Source: Chthoniobacteraceae bacterium (GTDB lineage: Bacteria > Verrucomicrobiota > Verrucomicrobiia > Chthoniobacterales > Chthoniobacteraceae). Taken from it: a DNA stretch of 64,000 nucleotides. The position numbers and the translations under genes are program-made. The notes below the pieces were generated by a model, which did no database searches, had not been told where the DNA came from, and saw only the letters and a program-made list of their open reading frames with translations. The DNA lies in assembly GCA_040081625.1 (NCBI GenBank), contig JBEBGD010000010.1, positions 31,665-95,664 of the forward strand, read 5' to 3'. Positions 26,119 to 36,915 of this stretch are shown here, in pieces (within the stretch, counting starts at the first letter, position 1; each line of letters starts with the position of its first letter).

Positions 26119-28824
26119 ATGAACTCCGCAGACCGCTTTGAACTCGACGCCATTCGCCACGACCAGGACGCCGTGCATCGCCGCGTCGAGAATCTCGACC
26201 AGCGCATCGACCTGCTCGTGCGAAGGCTCGCGACGCCACCGCCCTTGGCCGATCCCCAGCCCAGCGTCCCGCAGCAACCGGACGCGGAGTCGAGGGATCC
26301 GGTGCAAGCTCCGTCCGACGTCCGCTGCGAAAGTCCCGCGGATGTTCCGACGGAAACTTCGACCCCGCCTCCGCTGCCCCCGGCGGGCGAGTCGTTTGAG
26401 CTTCGCGTCGGCACATTCTGGATGGCACGCGTCGGCATCGTGATCCTGCTGACCGGCCTCGTCTTCCTCGGGAACTACGCCTACCAGCGCTTCATCGCGT
26501 TGCTCGGGCCTTGTGGAAAACTCGTGCTGCTCACTGTTGCCGGTGCTGCGCTCGCGGGTCTCGGTGCGTGGCTCGAACGCAAGAGCGAGAGCCTGCGCAA
26601 CTACGGTCGCGTGCTGCTCGCGGGCGGCGCGGCGACGATCTACTACACGACCTACGCGGCCCACTTCGTCGAGCGCCTGCGCGTGATCGACAGCGCACTA
26701 ATCGGAGGAACGCTGCTGCTTGCGCTTGCCGGCGGCATCATGTGGTTCGCCGAGCGGCGCCGCTCGGAACCGACCGCGCTCATGGCGGTGCTGCTGAGCT
26801 ACTACACGTCGGCGATCAATCCGATCGGCAGCTTCACGCTTTTCTCGAACCTCCTGCTCACGGGCGTTGCCGTCTTTTTCCTCGTCCGCCGCCAGTGGAC
26901 GAAGCTCTCGCTCGCCAGCCTCGTGGCGACCTACGGCAGCTACGGTTTCTGGCAGTTCCAGCAGGGAAGCGCCGCGGAGTTCGGACTGGGATTTCTCGCG
27001 AGCTACTGGACGCTCTTCACCGTCGCCGTCTTCCTCGCCTCACCGGGCGTGCTCCGCGCGGGCTTTCTCACGCTCAACAATGGCGTCTTCTTTGGGTTCG
27101 CTGCGCATTTCTTCGCGGTGCGGCATCCCGCGGAGTTCTGGATGTTCGCGCTCGGCTACGGCGTGGTGTTGCTCGGCCTGGCTGCGCTCGCCGCCCGCCA
27201 GCACGGCGATGAGCCATCGATGGATGGCGCGTATCTCGCGCAAGGTCTCGCGCTCGTGACCGCTGGCTTCGCAGCCAAACTCACCGGACCGCAGTTCGCC
27301 GTCGTGCTGGCGGTGGAAAGCGGCGCGCTGCTCGCGTGCGCGCGCTGGCGCCACGGCTGGCTCTATCAACTCGCGGCGGGATTGTGCGCGATCGGCGCGT
27401 TCGGGATCACGCTGGATACGATCGATGCCGGGGCCGCATCGCCGCTCGCGCTCGGTGGCACCGTCGCGGCGCTTCTGCTCGCGAATGCGTGGTGGGTGAA
27501 ATTTGCGCGTGGCGAATGGCCCGCGCGCGAGTTCACTCCGCACGCGTTTGGATTCGCCGTGCTCGGGCTGTTGCTCACGGGTGAGGTGATCTCGCACGTC
27601 GTCGCCGCGCCGTGGCTGCCGGCGGCATTTGCTCTCGCTGCGCTGACGGGCCTGCTCGCGGCGCGGGGGAGGATGCACGAGATCGCGTGGCCGGCACAGG
27701 GCTTTGCTTTGTGGGGCACCTTGCTCGCGATCGGCCAAGGTGTGAACGGGGCGCCCTCGCCGTGGTGGACGCCGCTCCCGGCGATCGCGACTGCCCTCGT
27801 GCTGATGCACCGGTGGCAACTTTCACGGCGGAACGCCGCGCTTTGCGTGAGCGTGCAGTGCGCCTTCGCCGGCGCGGCGACCGTTGCGGGAGCGTTCTGG
27901 CTACGGGCATTTGCTCACGGCGATGCGTGGCTCGCCGCGACGAGTGCGGCGGCGATCGGGACGTTGATCTACGGCCTCGCGACGCGCGCATGGCCGGTTG
28001 CACTCATGGGGCAGGGGTTCACGGCCTGCGCGGCGCTGGCTTTCCTCGATGGACTCGGCAACGGCCATCCGCACTGGCTCGCGGCGCTCGCGCCCGTGCT
28101 TGCGATGATGGGCACGCGCGAGCTGCTCGCGCGCGTCGCCGGCAGGCGCTGGCCTGCGTTGCAGGAAGACTGGAGATTCGCCGAGATCGCGATCGGATAT
28201 CAGGTCGCGGGCGCGGTGATGTTCGCCGGGTGGTCGTTCGAATACGTGCCGGCGGAGTGGCGCGTGGTGTATTTCGGCGCGCTCGGCGCCGCGCACATCG
28301 TCGCTGGTTCGCTGTGGCCTGCGCGGAGCCGCATCGTCACTGGCGCGCTCCATGGCGCGGCGGCGATGGTGATGTTCTGGATGCACTTCGGGCAGGACGC
28401 CGCGTGGCTGGATCTCGCGGCGCTGATCGCCGTGCCCGCGAGCGTCCGGTGGGGCGAACGTCGCGCGGGGAGCGCCGGCCTTTGGCGTGAGGCGCACCAG
28501 GCGCTGATGGTGATGGTGCTCGCGAGCGCGTGGCTCTGGGTCACGCGCTGGACGATCAGCCACGGCTATCCCGGGCATCTGACCGCAGCGTGGGCGGTGC
28601 TCGCGCTGGTCGTCTTCGCGGCGGGCCTCGGTTTGCGCGAACGCATCCACCGTCTCGGCGGCTTTGCCTTCCTCGCGCTGGCGATCGGGCGGCTCTTCGT
28701 CGTGGATGTGTGGCGCTTCGACACGCTCTATCGGATCGTCAGCTTTCTCGTGCTTGGTGTCGTGCTGCTGGCGCTCAGTTTCATCTATCACCGTTTTGCC
28801 GGGACGCTGCGGCGGTGGCTGTAG
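26119..28824 (+). CDS. DUF2339-like multipass membrane protein
   Basis: FELRVGTFWMARVG N-terminal motif; many TM helices; ends LFVVDVW...RIVSFLVLG. Confidence 0.85.
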   Translation: MNSADRFELDAIRHDQDAVHRRVENLDQRIDLLVRRLATPPPLADPQPSVPQQPDAESRDPVQAPSDVRCESPADVPTETSTPPPLPPAGESFELRVGTFWMARVGIVILLTGLVFLGNYAYQRFIALLGPCGKLVLLTVAGAALAGLGAWLERKSESLRNYGRVLLAGGAATIYYTTYAAHFVERLRVIDSALIGGTLLLALAGGIMWFAERRRSEPTALMAVLLSYYTSAINPIGSFTLFSNLLLTGVAVFFLVRRQWTKLSLASLVATYGSYGFWQFQQGSAAEFGLGFLASYWTLFTVAVFLASPGVLRAGFLTLNNGVFFGFAAHFFAVRHPAEFWMFALGYGVVLLGLAALAARQHGDEPSMDGAYLAQGLALVTAGFAAKLTGPQFAVVLAVESGALLACARWRHGWLYQLAAGLCAIGAFGITLDTIDAGAASPLALGGTVAALLLANAWWVKFARGEWPAREFTPHAFGFAVLGLLLTGEVISHVVAAPWLPAAFALAALTGLLAARGRMHEIAWPAQGFALWGTLLAIGQGVNGAPSPWWTPLPAIATALVLMHRWQLSRRNAALCVSVQCAFAGAATVAGAFWLRAFAHGDAWLAATSAAAIGTLIYGLATRAWPVALMGQGFTACAALAFLDGLGNGHPHWLAALAPVLAMMGTRELLARVAGRRWPALQEDWRFAEIAIGYQVAGAVMFAGWSFEYVPAEWRVVYFGALGAAHIVAGSLWPARSRIVTGALHGAAAMVMFWMHFGQDAAWLDLAALIAVPASVRWGERRAGSAGLWREAHQALMVMVLASAWLWVTRWTISHGYPGHLTAAWAVLALVVFAAGLGLRERIHRLGGFAFLALAIGRLFVVDVWRFDTLYRIVSFLVLGVVLLALSFIYHRFAGTLRRWL

Positions 28825-28871
28825 GCGTTGTGCGTTCCGGGTTCGTCGGTAGCGTGCGGGCGTCACGGCTT

Positions 28872-30419
28872 ATGAAACGAATGTCCCTTTTCCCACTGCT
28901 CGCCATGCTCGCGCTGGCCGCGCGCGCGCTGGGCGTAGGCGATCGGACGCTCACGGAGACGTCGTCCACGCCGAGCGTCACCGTCCATTTCACCACGACC
29001 GCGGGGCCGAACCAGACGACCCGGGCCATCGCGGACGCAGTCGCGCGGGAGATGGATGGCGCGCTTCATTTTCTCTTCCGCCGCTATCGCCCGGCCATCC
29101 CGGCGTCCAATAACGGCAAGCTCAACGTGGACATCAAGGACCTCGGCAGCGCAAACGGGCGGACCGACGCGATGGCGATCGTCGGCGATGCACGCCTCGC
29201 GGCGTCCTACATCAACATCACCTCGGACCTCGTCGCGCGTGCGGCGGCGAGCGGGTTGACGCTCGAGGAATTCATCCGCGTCGTCTGCATGCACGAGTGC
29301 ATGCACGCGGTGCAAAACTCCTACAACGCGCACGTCAGCCCGTGGTTTCGGGAAGCGCAGGCGGCGTGGGCGGAGGCTGCGTTCACCGGGATCTCGGGGC
29401 AGCTCGCGGGCTATTATGCGGCTGGCGATTCCGTGTCGCTGAATCCCGGGCTGCCGCTCTGGGCCGCTACGCCGGGTGAGGCGCACGAGCGTTCGCTCTC
29501 GGCCTTCGTGCATTTCCTCGTATCGAAAAAGGGGATGCGCATCGTGGACCGCTGGCTCGCCGCCACCGAGGGCACCAATGACGCGATGGCCGCTCTGCAA
29601 ACCGCGCTCGGCGGCGATGGGAGGACGTTCAGCGGGCTGTATCGCCAGTTTCTCCTGCAACTTTACAGGCGCGACATCCGCTTCACACCGATCGCCGGCG
29701 GACGCGCGAACCTGGTGCTGCCGCCGATTGCGGAGTTGCCCGCGCTCAGCGAACTCGGCCAGGACTTCGACCTCACGCTCACGCCCACGGGCGCGGCGTT
29801 CGCGCGATTCACGCCGGATGTTCGCATCCCGAACACCTATGCGATCGCCATGGTCGAGGACGGCGCCACGGGCGCGCCGGAGCTGCTCGTGATCAAGCGA
29901 CCGCAGCGCACCTCGCCGATCCGGACGATCAAGCCGGCCGACCACACGGTGATCAACGGCTTCAACAGCTCTGTGGAGACGCTCGTCATCTTCACCGACA
30001 CGACCGTGCGCGACGAGACCGTGCCGCCGACCCCGATCAAGGCGAAACTTCTCAGCCCGTATCTCCATTTCAAGACGGTGCAGCCGGAGACACCGATCGC
30101 CGCGGGCCAGATCTCGACCATCGACATCACCTACGACCTGCTCGGCCTGCCGCCGGGCGTCACGAGCATGCGCGTCGATTTCCGCATCGCGGGACGAGGC
30201 CCCGGCGTCGCGGTCCGCACCACGCAAGAGATCGACGCGTTCACCGGCGCGGACCGGCACCTCTTCCCTATCTTCCAAAGCGCGGCGGATCGCGCCGGTT
30301 CCTACCGCTTCACGTGGACCGGGCTCACGCCGATGCGGGGCTTCTCCGCGCGAAAGCTGCCGCAGAGCAGAACGTCGATCTCCAATCACGTCGTGGTGGA
30401 TGAAGCGCCGGCGCCTTGA
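28872..30419 (+). CDS. Secreted putative zinc metallopeptidase (HExxH)
   Basis: Signal peptide; VCMHECMHAVQ...WFREAQAAWAE (gluzincin-like). Confidence 0.7.
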   Translation: MKRMSLFPLLAMLALAARALGVGDRTLTETSSTPSVTVHFTTTAGPNQTTRAIADAVAREMDGALHFLFRRYRPAIPASNNGKLNVDIKDLGSANGRTDAMAIVGDARLAASYINITSDLVARAAASGLTLEEFIRVVCMHECMHAVQNSYNAHVSPWFREAQAAWAEAAFTGISGQLAGYYAAGDSVSLNPGLPLWAATPGEAHERSLSAFVHFLVSKKGMRIVDRWLAATEGTNDAMAALQTALGGDGRTFSGLYRQFLLQLYRRDIRFTPIAGGRANLVLPPIAELPALSELGQDFDLTLTPTGAAFARFTPDVRIPNTYAIAMVEDGATGAPELLVIKRPQRTSPIRTIKPADHTVINGFNSSVETLVIFTDTTVRDETVPPTPIKAKLLSPYLHFKTVQPETPIAAGQISTIDITYDLLGLPPGVTSMRVDFRIAGRGPGVAVRTTQEIDAFTGADRHLFPIFQSAADRAGSYRFTWTGLTPMRGFSARKLPQSRTSISNHVVVDEAPAP

Positions 30420-30429
30420 GCTGCTCCCC

Positions 30430-31014
30430 TCAGGGCGGGGTATTGCCACCGCAGTCCGGGCAGAGCCCGTGGCTGAATTTCGCCCCGGTGTGCTCGCTCA
30501 AGAACGACTCGAGGGGCTGCCAGCAGCCGTCGGCTCCCCGAATCTTTTTGCACGCGGAGCAGATCGCCACCAAACCCGTGAGCTGCCTGACATTTGCCAG
30601 CGCGGTCTCAAGGTCTTGCACGAGCGCGCGCACTTCGATCTCTTTCGCGTGCTTGTAGAGCGCGAGCTCGATGCCGACCTCCAGTTCGCGGACCTGGAAT
30701 GGCTTGAGCACGTAGCCGAAGGGCGACGCGGCCAATGCGCGGCTGAGTGTCGCGCGGTCCGAGTGCGCGGTGATGAAAACGACCGGGATGTTTCCATTGC
30801 CCCGGATGACGCTTGCCGCGGTGATGCCATCGGTCCCGCCAGCGAGTTGGATGTCCATCAGGACGAGATCGGGTCGCAGCGTTTCGGCGGCGCGCACAGC
30901 GTCGTGCGCGTTGTCCTCGACACCGACGACGTCGAATCCGAGCGCGATCAGCTCGCGTTTAAGATCAAGCGCAGTGATGGCTTCGTCTTCGATTACGAGA
31001 ATCCTGGTGGCCAT
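30430..31014 (-). CDS. Response regulator with a C-terminal Cys/His-rich tail
   Basis: ILVIEDE, DLVLMDI, YVLKPF; tail ICSACKKIR...FSHGLCPDC. Confidence 0.92.
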   Translation of the reverse strand: MATRILVIEDEAITALDLKRELIALGFDVVGVEDNAHDAVRAAETLRPDLVLMDIQLAGGTDGITAASVIRGNGNIPVVFITAHSDRATLSRALAASPFGYVLKPFQVRELEVGIELALYKHAKEIEVRALVQDLETALANVRQLTGLVAICSACKKIRGADGCWQPLESFLSEHTGAKFSHGLCPDCGGNTPP

Positions 31015-31134
31015 GTATCAGTTCGGTTCGTGGAGGAAAAGCGGCGGGTGAATGATCGCGGCGCCGCCGCGCCGACCGGCGAGCCATCGCGGTAACACCG
31101 TTTCCCCGGCATTCAAGCTCGCGCTCGCGGCGGG

Positions 31135-33735
31135 CTACCGCCGGTTCTCGATCTCGATCTCATCGATCCAGGCCCGGGCCTTTGCTTTGCCGTTCGAGGA
31201 CCAGCCCAGCCAGTCGAGCTTCGCCATCGCCGGATCCACGAATTTCAGCGCATCAAATCGCTGCGGCTGCTGGCCGGGCGCGGTCAGCGTGCAGGACCAG
31301 GTCGCGTCGCCCGGTTCGCCGAGACGGGCTTCGACCTCGACGTGGAGCCAGCCCTCGGAGGGTAGATCGATCAGCTTGCGGCCATTCGCCTTCGCCGCGC
31401 CGCTCTCGAAGATGAGCTGCGGCCCAGTGCGATAAGGCTGCGCGTCGTCGCGCCATTCGTAGTTGAGCTGGTAGCCGGATTCGAGGCGCACATCGAAGCT
31501 CACGCGTGTGGTCCCGGCGTCGTGGTGCGGGACGTAGTAGAAGTGCGGCTCGAACTGCGGCGACACGTCCGGCCCGTCCCGCAGTTCAAGCGCCCGCTCG
31601 CCTTTGCTTCCACCATTTACGACTGCGAGCACGGGACCGAGTTGATTGCTCAGCCGCGCGCCGTGCCCGGGCTTCGCGTCGAGCGGTGTCGTCTCGAAGT
31701 CGTCGTGTAGTCTGAGCGGCCGCGGCTTGGGCTTTGCGGAGAAAACCACCGGCGGATACTCCACCGCAGCCAGCTTGCGCCATGCGTCATCGCCCGTCAC
31801 ACCGGCCTTGCGCCAGTCGAACGGCTTGAAGCCGAGCCTGAGCGCCGGCGATTCCGCCCGCAGCGTCCAGTCGCCCTTTTCCGGAGCGACGAAAAGCGGG
31901 TCGGCGATGAGCGACTCGGGATCGTGCCCGAAAAGCTGCCAGTCCGCCCAGGATTTCCCGGCGAGGTCGAACGGGTTGCCTCCGACCTGCCAATAGACGT
32001 TTCGATTCACCCACGCGCGACCGCTGAACCAATTGTCATCCACGTGTCCGAAGAGGCGCCCTTCGTTGAAAAGCACGATGTTATTCTCAAAGGCGACTCC
32101 GAGGAACTCCTCGGGCTTCGACCAGCGGACCTGGAACTCCTGATTAAAGGCGAAGATATTGTTCCGGACGATGTTGCCTCGGCCGTAGTGCTGGTGATAG
32201 CCGCCGCTCTGCGTGCGATAGACGAGGTTGTCCTCCCACACGATGCCGGTGGAGCCTTCGTCATTGTAGAGTCCCCAGCCGCCATAGCTCGCGCACGCCG
32301 CGTCGTGGATGTGACAGCCCCGGATGACGGTGCCCGGTTGAAGCCCGAGCGTATAGACCGCGCCCATGTCGCTCATCACACCCCAGCCATAGTGATGCAG
32401 GTGGCAGTTCTCGACGACGTTGCGGGCGCAGGGCGTCGGCTTGTAACCCCAGACCCAGCCGATGCTGATGAGTGTATAATTGAAGTCCGCGATGTCGCAG
32501 TGGCGGATCGTGTTATCCGGGTTCTGGCCGATCCACACACCGATCGCGCCGGGAAAATAACGTCCGCCGCCGTGGATGATGCAGTTGTCGAGCGTGACGT
32601 GGCTGGTGAGGCCGCGCGCATCCTTTGGCGCGGACGTTTCACCGATCTTTACGCCGCCCGCGCCAAGGTCGTGAATGTGGCAATGCTTCATCGTGATCTC
32701 GCGGCAGCCGTGCCGGAACCACGCGGCGCTGGTCATCGTATGCGACAGTTCGCAATCCTCGAAGAGGATGTCGCGCGCGCCATCGGCCTCGATCGCAGCG
32801 CCGAGGGCGACTTCCGCCTGCCCGAACCCGGCGCCTTCGGGCGGCAACGCCCACGCCTGATGCGAGAATGTCAGTCCGCGGAAGCGCAGCTTCTCAACCG
32901 GGGCGTCCTTCTCGGCGCTGCCCTTGAACGCGAGCCACTATGTAGCGACGGGCGCCCAAGCGTCGATCGTCTCGAGCTTCTCGCCCGGTCGGGGGAAGTA
33001 GGAGAGCGTGCCGTCGAGCGCGAGGAACCACTCGCCCGGCGCGTTGAGCGCGGCGCGGAAGTTTTCGATCACGACATTGTGATAGGGCTCGAGGCTGAAG
33101 AATGCCCGATGCGAACCCGCCGTGAACTGAAGCGTGCCGTCGGCCGCGCGGACGGTTGCGAGTCGGTAGCGTTGCACGTCCCACGAGAAATGGACGATCA
33201 CGTTGACCTCGCGAAGCTCCGCAGGCGAAAGCGCCTCGAGCGCCTGCGTGGCTTCGGGCTCTACCTGGAGAAGTGTGAGCGCTGGCTCGCCTGTGGGTTC
33301 CACACCCGGCAGCGGCTGAAGGGGCTGCCCGGTGGCCTGGATGAAGCCGGAATCCGGCGAGCGCGCGCGCGTGGCACGCCGGCCATTGATCCAAAGCGCA
33401 TCGAACCGCCACGACGGATCGACTTTGACTTTCCACACGCCGCTCTCCGCGTTCCAGCCGGTGATCTTTCGCCCGCCCGTGAAGATCGGTCGCGCTCCAG
33501 GCGCCGCCTCATAGCTCACACCGCTATCCTGCGGCTCGAAAACAACAGCCTCCGTGAGGGCATAGGTGCCGGCGGCGACGATGACGCGCGCCTCGCCGGG
33601 ACTGGCGAGGCGAGCCTTCCGAACCGCGTCGCGCGCCGCGGCGAGCGAAGCGATCGGGCCGCCGGGCGACACGTGGATATCGATAGCGAGAGCGGCGGTG
33701 GTGGCGAGGCCGAGGAGAAAAGCGGATCGAAGCAT
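31135..33735 (-). pseudogene. Secreted right-handed beta-helix (pectate-lyase-like) protein with an in-frame TAG at 32938-32940
   Basis: The two track ORFs share one frame: ...DAWAPVAT*WLAFKGSAEKDAPVEKLRFRGLTFSH...; signal peptide at 33735; DMGAVYTLG, WGLYNDEGS. Confidence 0.82.
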
Positions 33736-33853
33736 GGTGAAAGGGACAACGCGCACGGGCCGGCGTCGCGGCGAAAAAGAATCGCCGGCCCCGAGGCGGA
33801 GCCGGCGATCTTTTCGTAGAAACTGTCCGGTGGCAGGAGCCGCCGCGGAGCGC

Positions 33854-35596
33854 TTACTTTTTCTTCGGCGCTTTCGGCACGCCGGGCTTCGGATAGTCTG
33901 CCGCAAGCGGGCGATGCGAGGTCGGGACGACGCGGACGGCGCCCTTGGCGTTATTCCGCCAGCCGTTCGGGTCGGCATATTCGCCGCCGCTGTGCGCGAG
34001 GCCGCTGACCTGGCTCTCGAGGCCGGTGCCATAGCCTTGCTTGATCACGGTGGGCGTCACGAAGACGAGTAGGTTCCGCTTCGTGCGCTCGTTGATCTTT
34101 TCCTGGAAGAGATAGCCAATGAACGGGATGTCGCCGAGCAGGGGCACCTTGGTCGAGCCCTTGGTCTGCTCGTCCTGGAGCAGGCCACCGATCGCCAGCG
34201 TGTCGCCGCTCTTGATGAGCACATTGCTATCGAGCACGCGCTTGTCGATGACCGGGCTGGTCACGACCGCGCCGCCGAAGGTGAAGGTGGCGTCGCCGAC
34301 CTTGTTGGAGATCTCGGGCTTCACGTTCATGCTGATGAACTCGTCCTTGTTGATGATCGGCGTGACGATGAGCGTGTTGCCGAACTCCTTGTCCTGGAAT
34401 CCGCTGAAGACGGCCTGCGCGGTCTGCTCGTTGAAGTTGAGCTGCGGCACGGGCTGGAGGCGCGTGATCTTGATCTCGGCCTTTTGGTTGTTGGCAGTCA
34501 CGACCCGCGGGTTGGCGATGAATTCCGCGTCCTTGTCTTCGTTGAGCAGGCGCAGTGTCGCGCTGAGTTGCGGGGCGCTGAGGATCGCCACCTGACCGGC
34601 GGCAGCGTCGAGGAAGCTATCCTTTGCCTTGAGGAAGAAGTCGTTGGCCTGAAGTGTCCCAGTCGTTGGATTGAAGCCGACGTTGTTCAAGGGCGCCACG
34701 AGCGAGTTGGCTCCGGCGGCGGCCCCGACGCCATCGGTATTGATGTTCGGCACGACGTTGTTGGTGTTGGTGCCGCCACCGAAGCGGAACGTCTGCGCCG
34801 CCGTGGAACCACCCACGACGCCGCCCCAGTTGATGCCGTAGCTCTGCTTGGGATTGGCGGTCACTTCGACCAGGCGCGCTTCGATCATCACCTGCTGCGT
34901 GGGCTTGTCGATCGTGTCGAGGAACTGCTGCACGCTCTCGAGCACGGACTTGCCGACCCGGTAGAAGATCGTGTTGGTGCGCAGATCGACCTGCGGCACC
35001 GAGGCCATGGAGTATTGACTCTGGAGTAGCGGGGCGATGTCCTTCGCCTGCGCGTAGCTGAGGGTGAAGTTGCCGCTGACCGTCGGCTCGGCCTGCTTTT
35101 CCTCCTGCGTCTTCACGAAGAAGACTCCATTGACGTCATCCATGATGAGCCCCTTGGACTGCACGATGATATCGATGGCTTCCTGGGCGCTCTTGTCTTC
35201 GAGTCGCATCGTCACCGCGCCACCTGCCGCGGCGACTTTGTCGGAAATGACGAGGTTGATCTTCGCCTGCTTGGCGAGGGTGCGAAGGACGAGGTCGATC
35301 GGATCGCCTTGAAACTCGTTCATGCGTGAAGCCGACGGCGGCAGTGTGTCCGCGCCGGGCAGGACCGTCGGCGCGCCGGGTGCGGGCGTGATGGGAAGAT
35401 TGATGGGCGGCTCGATCGGCGCGGGCACCGGCGGGAGAGGCGCGGCCGGTGTGATGGCCGGCGGTTGCGCCGCTGGTGCTGGAGCCACGGGTGGAATCAC
35501 CGGTGGATCGATGGGTGCAGGTGGTCGCACCTGGGCCATGGCGGCCATTGTGAGCGACGTGAGTGCGAGAATTGCGGAGGGCAGGTTTTCCTTCAT
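33854..35596 (-). CDS. Outer-membrane secretin (PilQ/GspD family) with a Pro-rich N-terminus
   Basis: IDKPTQQVMIEARLVEV, ANPRVVTANNQKAEI, IGGLLQD...KVPLLGDIPFIGYLF...LLVFVTPTVI; start MKENLPSAIL at 35596. Confidence 0.92.
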   Translation of the reverse strand: MKENLPSAILALTSLTMAAMAQVRPPAPIDPPVIPPVAPAPAAQPPAITPAAPLPPVPAPIEPPINLPITPAPGAPTVLPGADTLPPSASRMNEFQGDPIDLVLRTLAKQAKINLVISDKVAAAGGAVTMRLEDKSAQEAIDIIVQSKGLIMDDVNGVFFVKTQEEKQAEPTVSGNFTLSYAQAKDIAPLLQSQYSMASVPQVDLRTNTIFYRVGKSVLESVQQFLDTIDKPTQQVMIEARLVEVTANPKQSYGINWGGVVGGSTAAQTFRFGGGTNTNNVVPNINTDGVGAAAGANSLVAPLNNVGFNPTTGTLQANDFFLKAKDSFLDAAAGQVAILSAPQLSATLRLLNEDKDAEFIANPRVVTANNQKAEIKITRLQPVPQLNFNEQTAQAVFSGFQDKEFGNTLIVTPIINKDEFISMNVKPEISNKVGDATFTFGGAVVTSPVIDKRVLDSNVLIKSGDTLAIGGLLQDEQTKGSTKVPLLGDIPFIGYLFQEKINERTKRNLLVFVTPTVIKQGYGTGLESQVSGLAHSGGEYADPNGWRNNAKGAVRVVPTSHRPLAADYPKPGVPKAPKKK

Positions 35597-35736
35597 GGTT
35601 GGGCTTGTTTCGAAGTTGCGAGCCACCATCGAAAGCACGGCCCCTGCCACGCGGGTCGTTTGCTCCAAAACCGCGAAGATTGTCGCGAATGCAAGAATCC
35701 CGCTATCGCAGAATGTAATAACCGCGACTCCAGCGG

Positions 35737-36372
35737 CTAGCTCAGCGCTTCGGAGATGAAGGCGCGCACCTTTTCCGCATCCTTGCGGCCCGGCGCGCTC
35801 TCGACGCCGCTGGCCACATCCACCCCGAAGGGCCGCGTCGCGACGATGGCCGCGTGCACATTGGCGGGAGTCAGCCCGCCGGCGAGGATCACCTGCGAGT
35901 CCGCGTTCTGCGCGATAAAGACTCGCGCGAGTGAGAGGTCGAGAGCCTGCCCGGTGCCGCCGTAGGCGCCGGCGACGGGTGCATCGAGCAGCACGTGGCG
36001 GGTCGGCAGCGAGTGTTTGCGGGAAAAACCCGCCGGGTCCTTGAGCCGCAGCGCCACGATGAAGCGCCGCCCGAGCTGCGCGAACTCGGCGAGGTATTCC
36101 GGCGTTTCGTCGCCGTGGAATTGCACCGCGTCGATGGCCGGGTGCGCGGCGACGCGCCGCGCTTCGTCGAGCGGGGCATTCACGAGCACGGCGACGCGGG
36201 TGACGAAGGGCGGCAGCGCGGCGATCCAGCCCGCGTTTTCGTCCAGCGCGATGTGCCGCTTCGAGCCGGGCCACAGGTTGAAGCCGAGCGCGTCCGCGCC
36301 GGCTTCGATCGCGATGCGGGCGTCGGCCTCGGTCGTGATGCCGCAGATTTTCACCCGCACCCGCGCGCTCAT
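35737..36372 (-). CDS. trpF: Phosphoribosylanthranilate isomerase
   Basis: VKICGIT, VQFHGDE, GGTG, LAGGLTPANV, GVDVASGVE..PGRKD. Confidence 0.97.
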   Translation of the reverse strand: MSARVRVKICGITTEADARIAIEAGADALGFNLWPGSKRHIALDENAGWIAALPPFVTRVAVLVNAPLDEARRVAAHPAIDAVQFHGDETPEYLAEFAQLGRRFIVALRLKDPAGFSRKHSLPTRHVLLDAPVAGAYGGTGQALDLSLARVFIAQNADSQVILAGGLTPANVHAAIVATRPFGVDVASGVESAPGRKDAEKVRAFISEALS

Positions 36373-36791
36373 TCGCCGGGCTTGTCCTCGATGATGCGGG
36401 CGTTCGCCTGCTTGATCGTGCCGTGGTGCGTGATGAAGCGCACCTCGCCTTCACTGGTTCGGAAGACGGAGCTGAGCGCCCAATTGACCACGGTCACGAT
36501 GAAGGCCGCGAAGAACGCCTGCCAGAATCCGCTAACCGAAATCCCCGGCACGAGCCCGCTCACGAACCAGAACAGGAGCGTGTTCACGATGAGGATGAAA
36601 AAGCCGAGCGTCACTACGATGAACGGCAGGCTCAGCAGCAGCAGCACCGGGCGGATGAAGGCGTTCACGAGCCCGAGCAGCAACGCGACGCCGAAGAGCG
36701 ATGCGGCGCTGTCGTAGGGAATCCCGGTGATCCACGCCGCGACGGCCACGGCGAGCGTGGTGCAGAGCCAGCGGATGACGAATGCTTTCAT
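36369..36791 (-). CDS. Phage-holin-family (DUF360-like) 4-TM membrane protein
   Basis: LGLVNAFIRPVLLLLSLPFIVVTLGFFILIVN. Confidence 0.85.
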   Translation of the reverse strand: MKAFVIRWLCTTLAVAVAAWITGIPYDSAASLFGVALLLGLVNAFIRPVLLLLSLPFIVVTLGFFILIVNTLLFWFVSGLVPGISVSGFWQAFFAAFIVTVVNWALSSVFRTSEGEVRFITHHGTIKQANARIIEDKPGE

Positions 36792-36915
36792 GCGCGCTTA
36801 CATAAAGCGCAGCGGCGCCTTGGCAAAGCGATAGCGCCCCGGCTACGCTTCGACCCAAGACCATCGGGCAGTTTGCCCGCCCTCCACCCAGCCCGTAGCT
36901 CCGCACCTCTCCCGT

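Noticed and set aside
33854..36454. 866-aa secretin as given in the ORF track (likewise the extended starts at 40894, 48339, 50771, 61026, 17966)
   Set aside because: The N-terminal extensions overlap other real genes, so starts were reassigned to downstream codons that give signal peptides or family N-termini.
36369..36791. Prophage suggested by a holin-family gene
   Set aside because: This 4-TM family is commonly chromosomal. Here it overlaps trpF and no phage genes are nearby.
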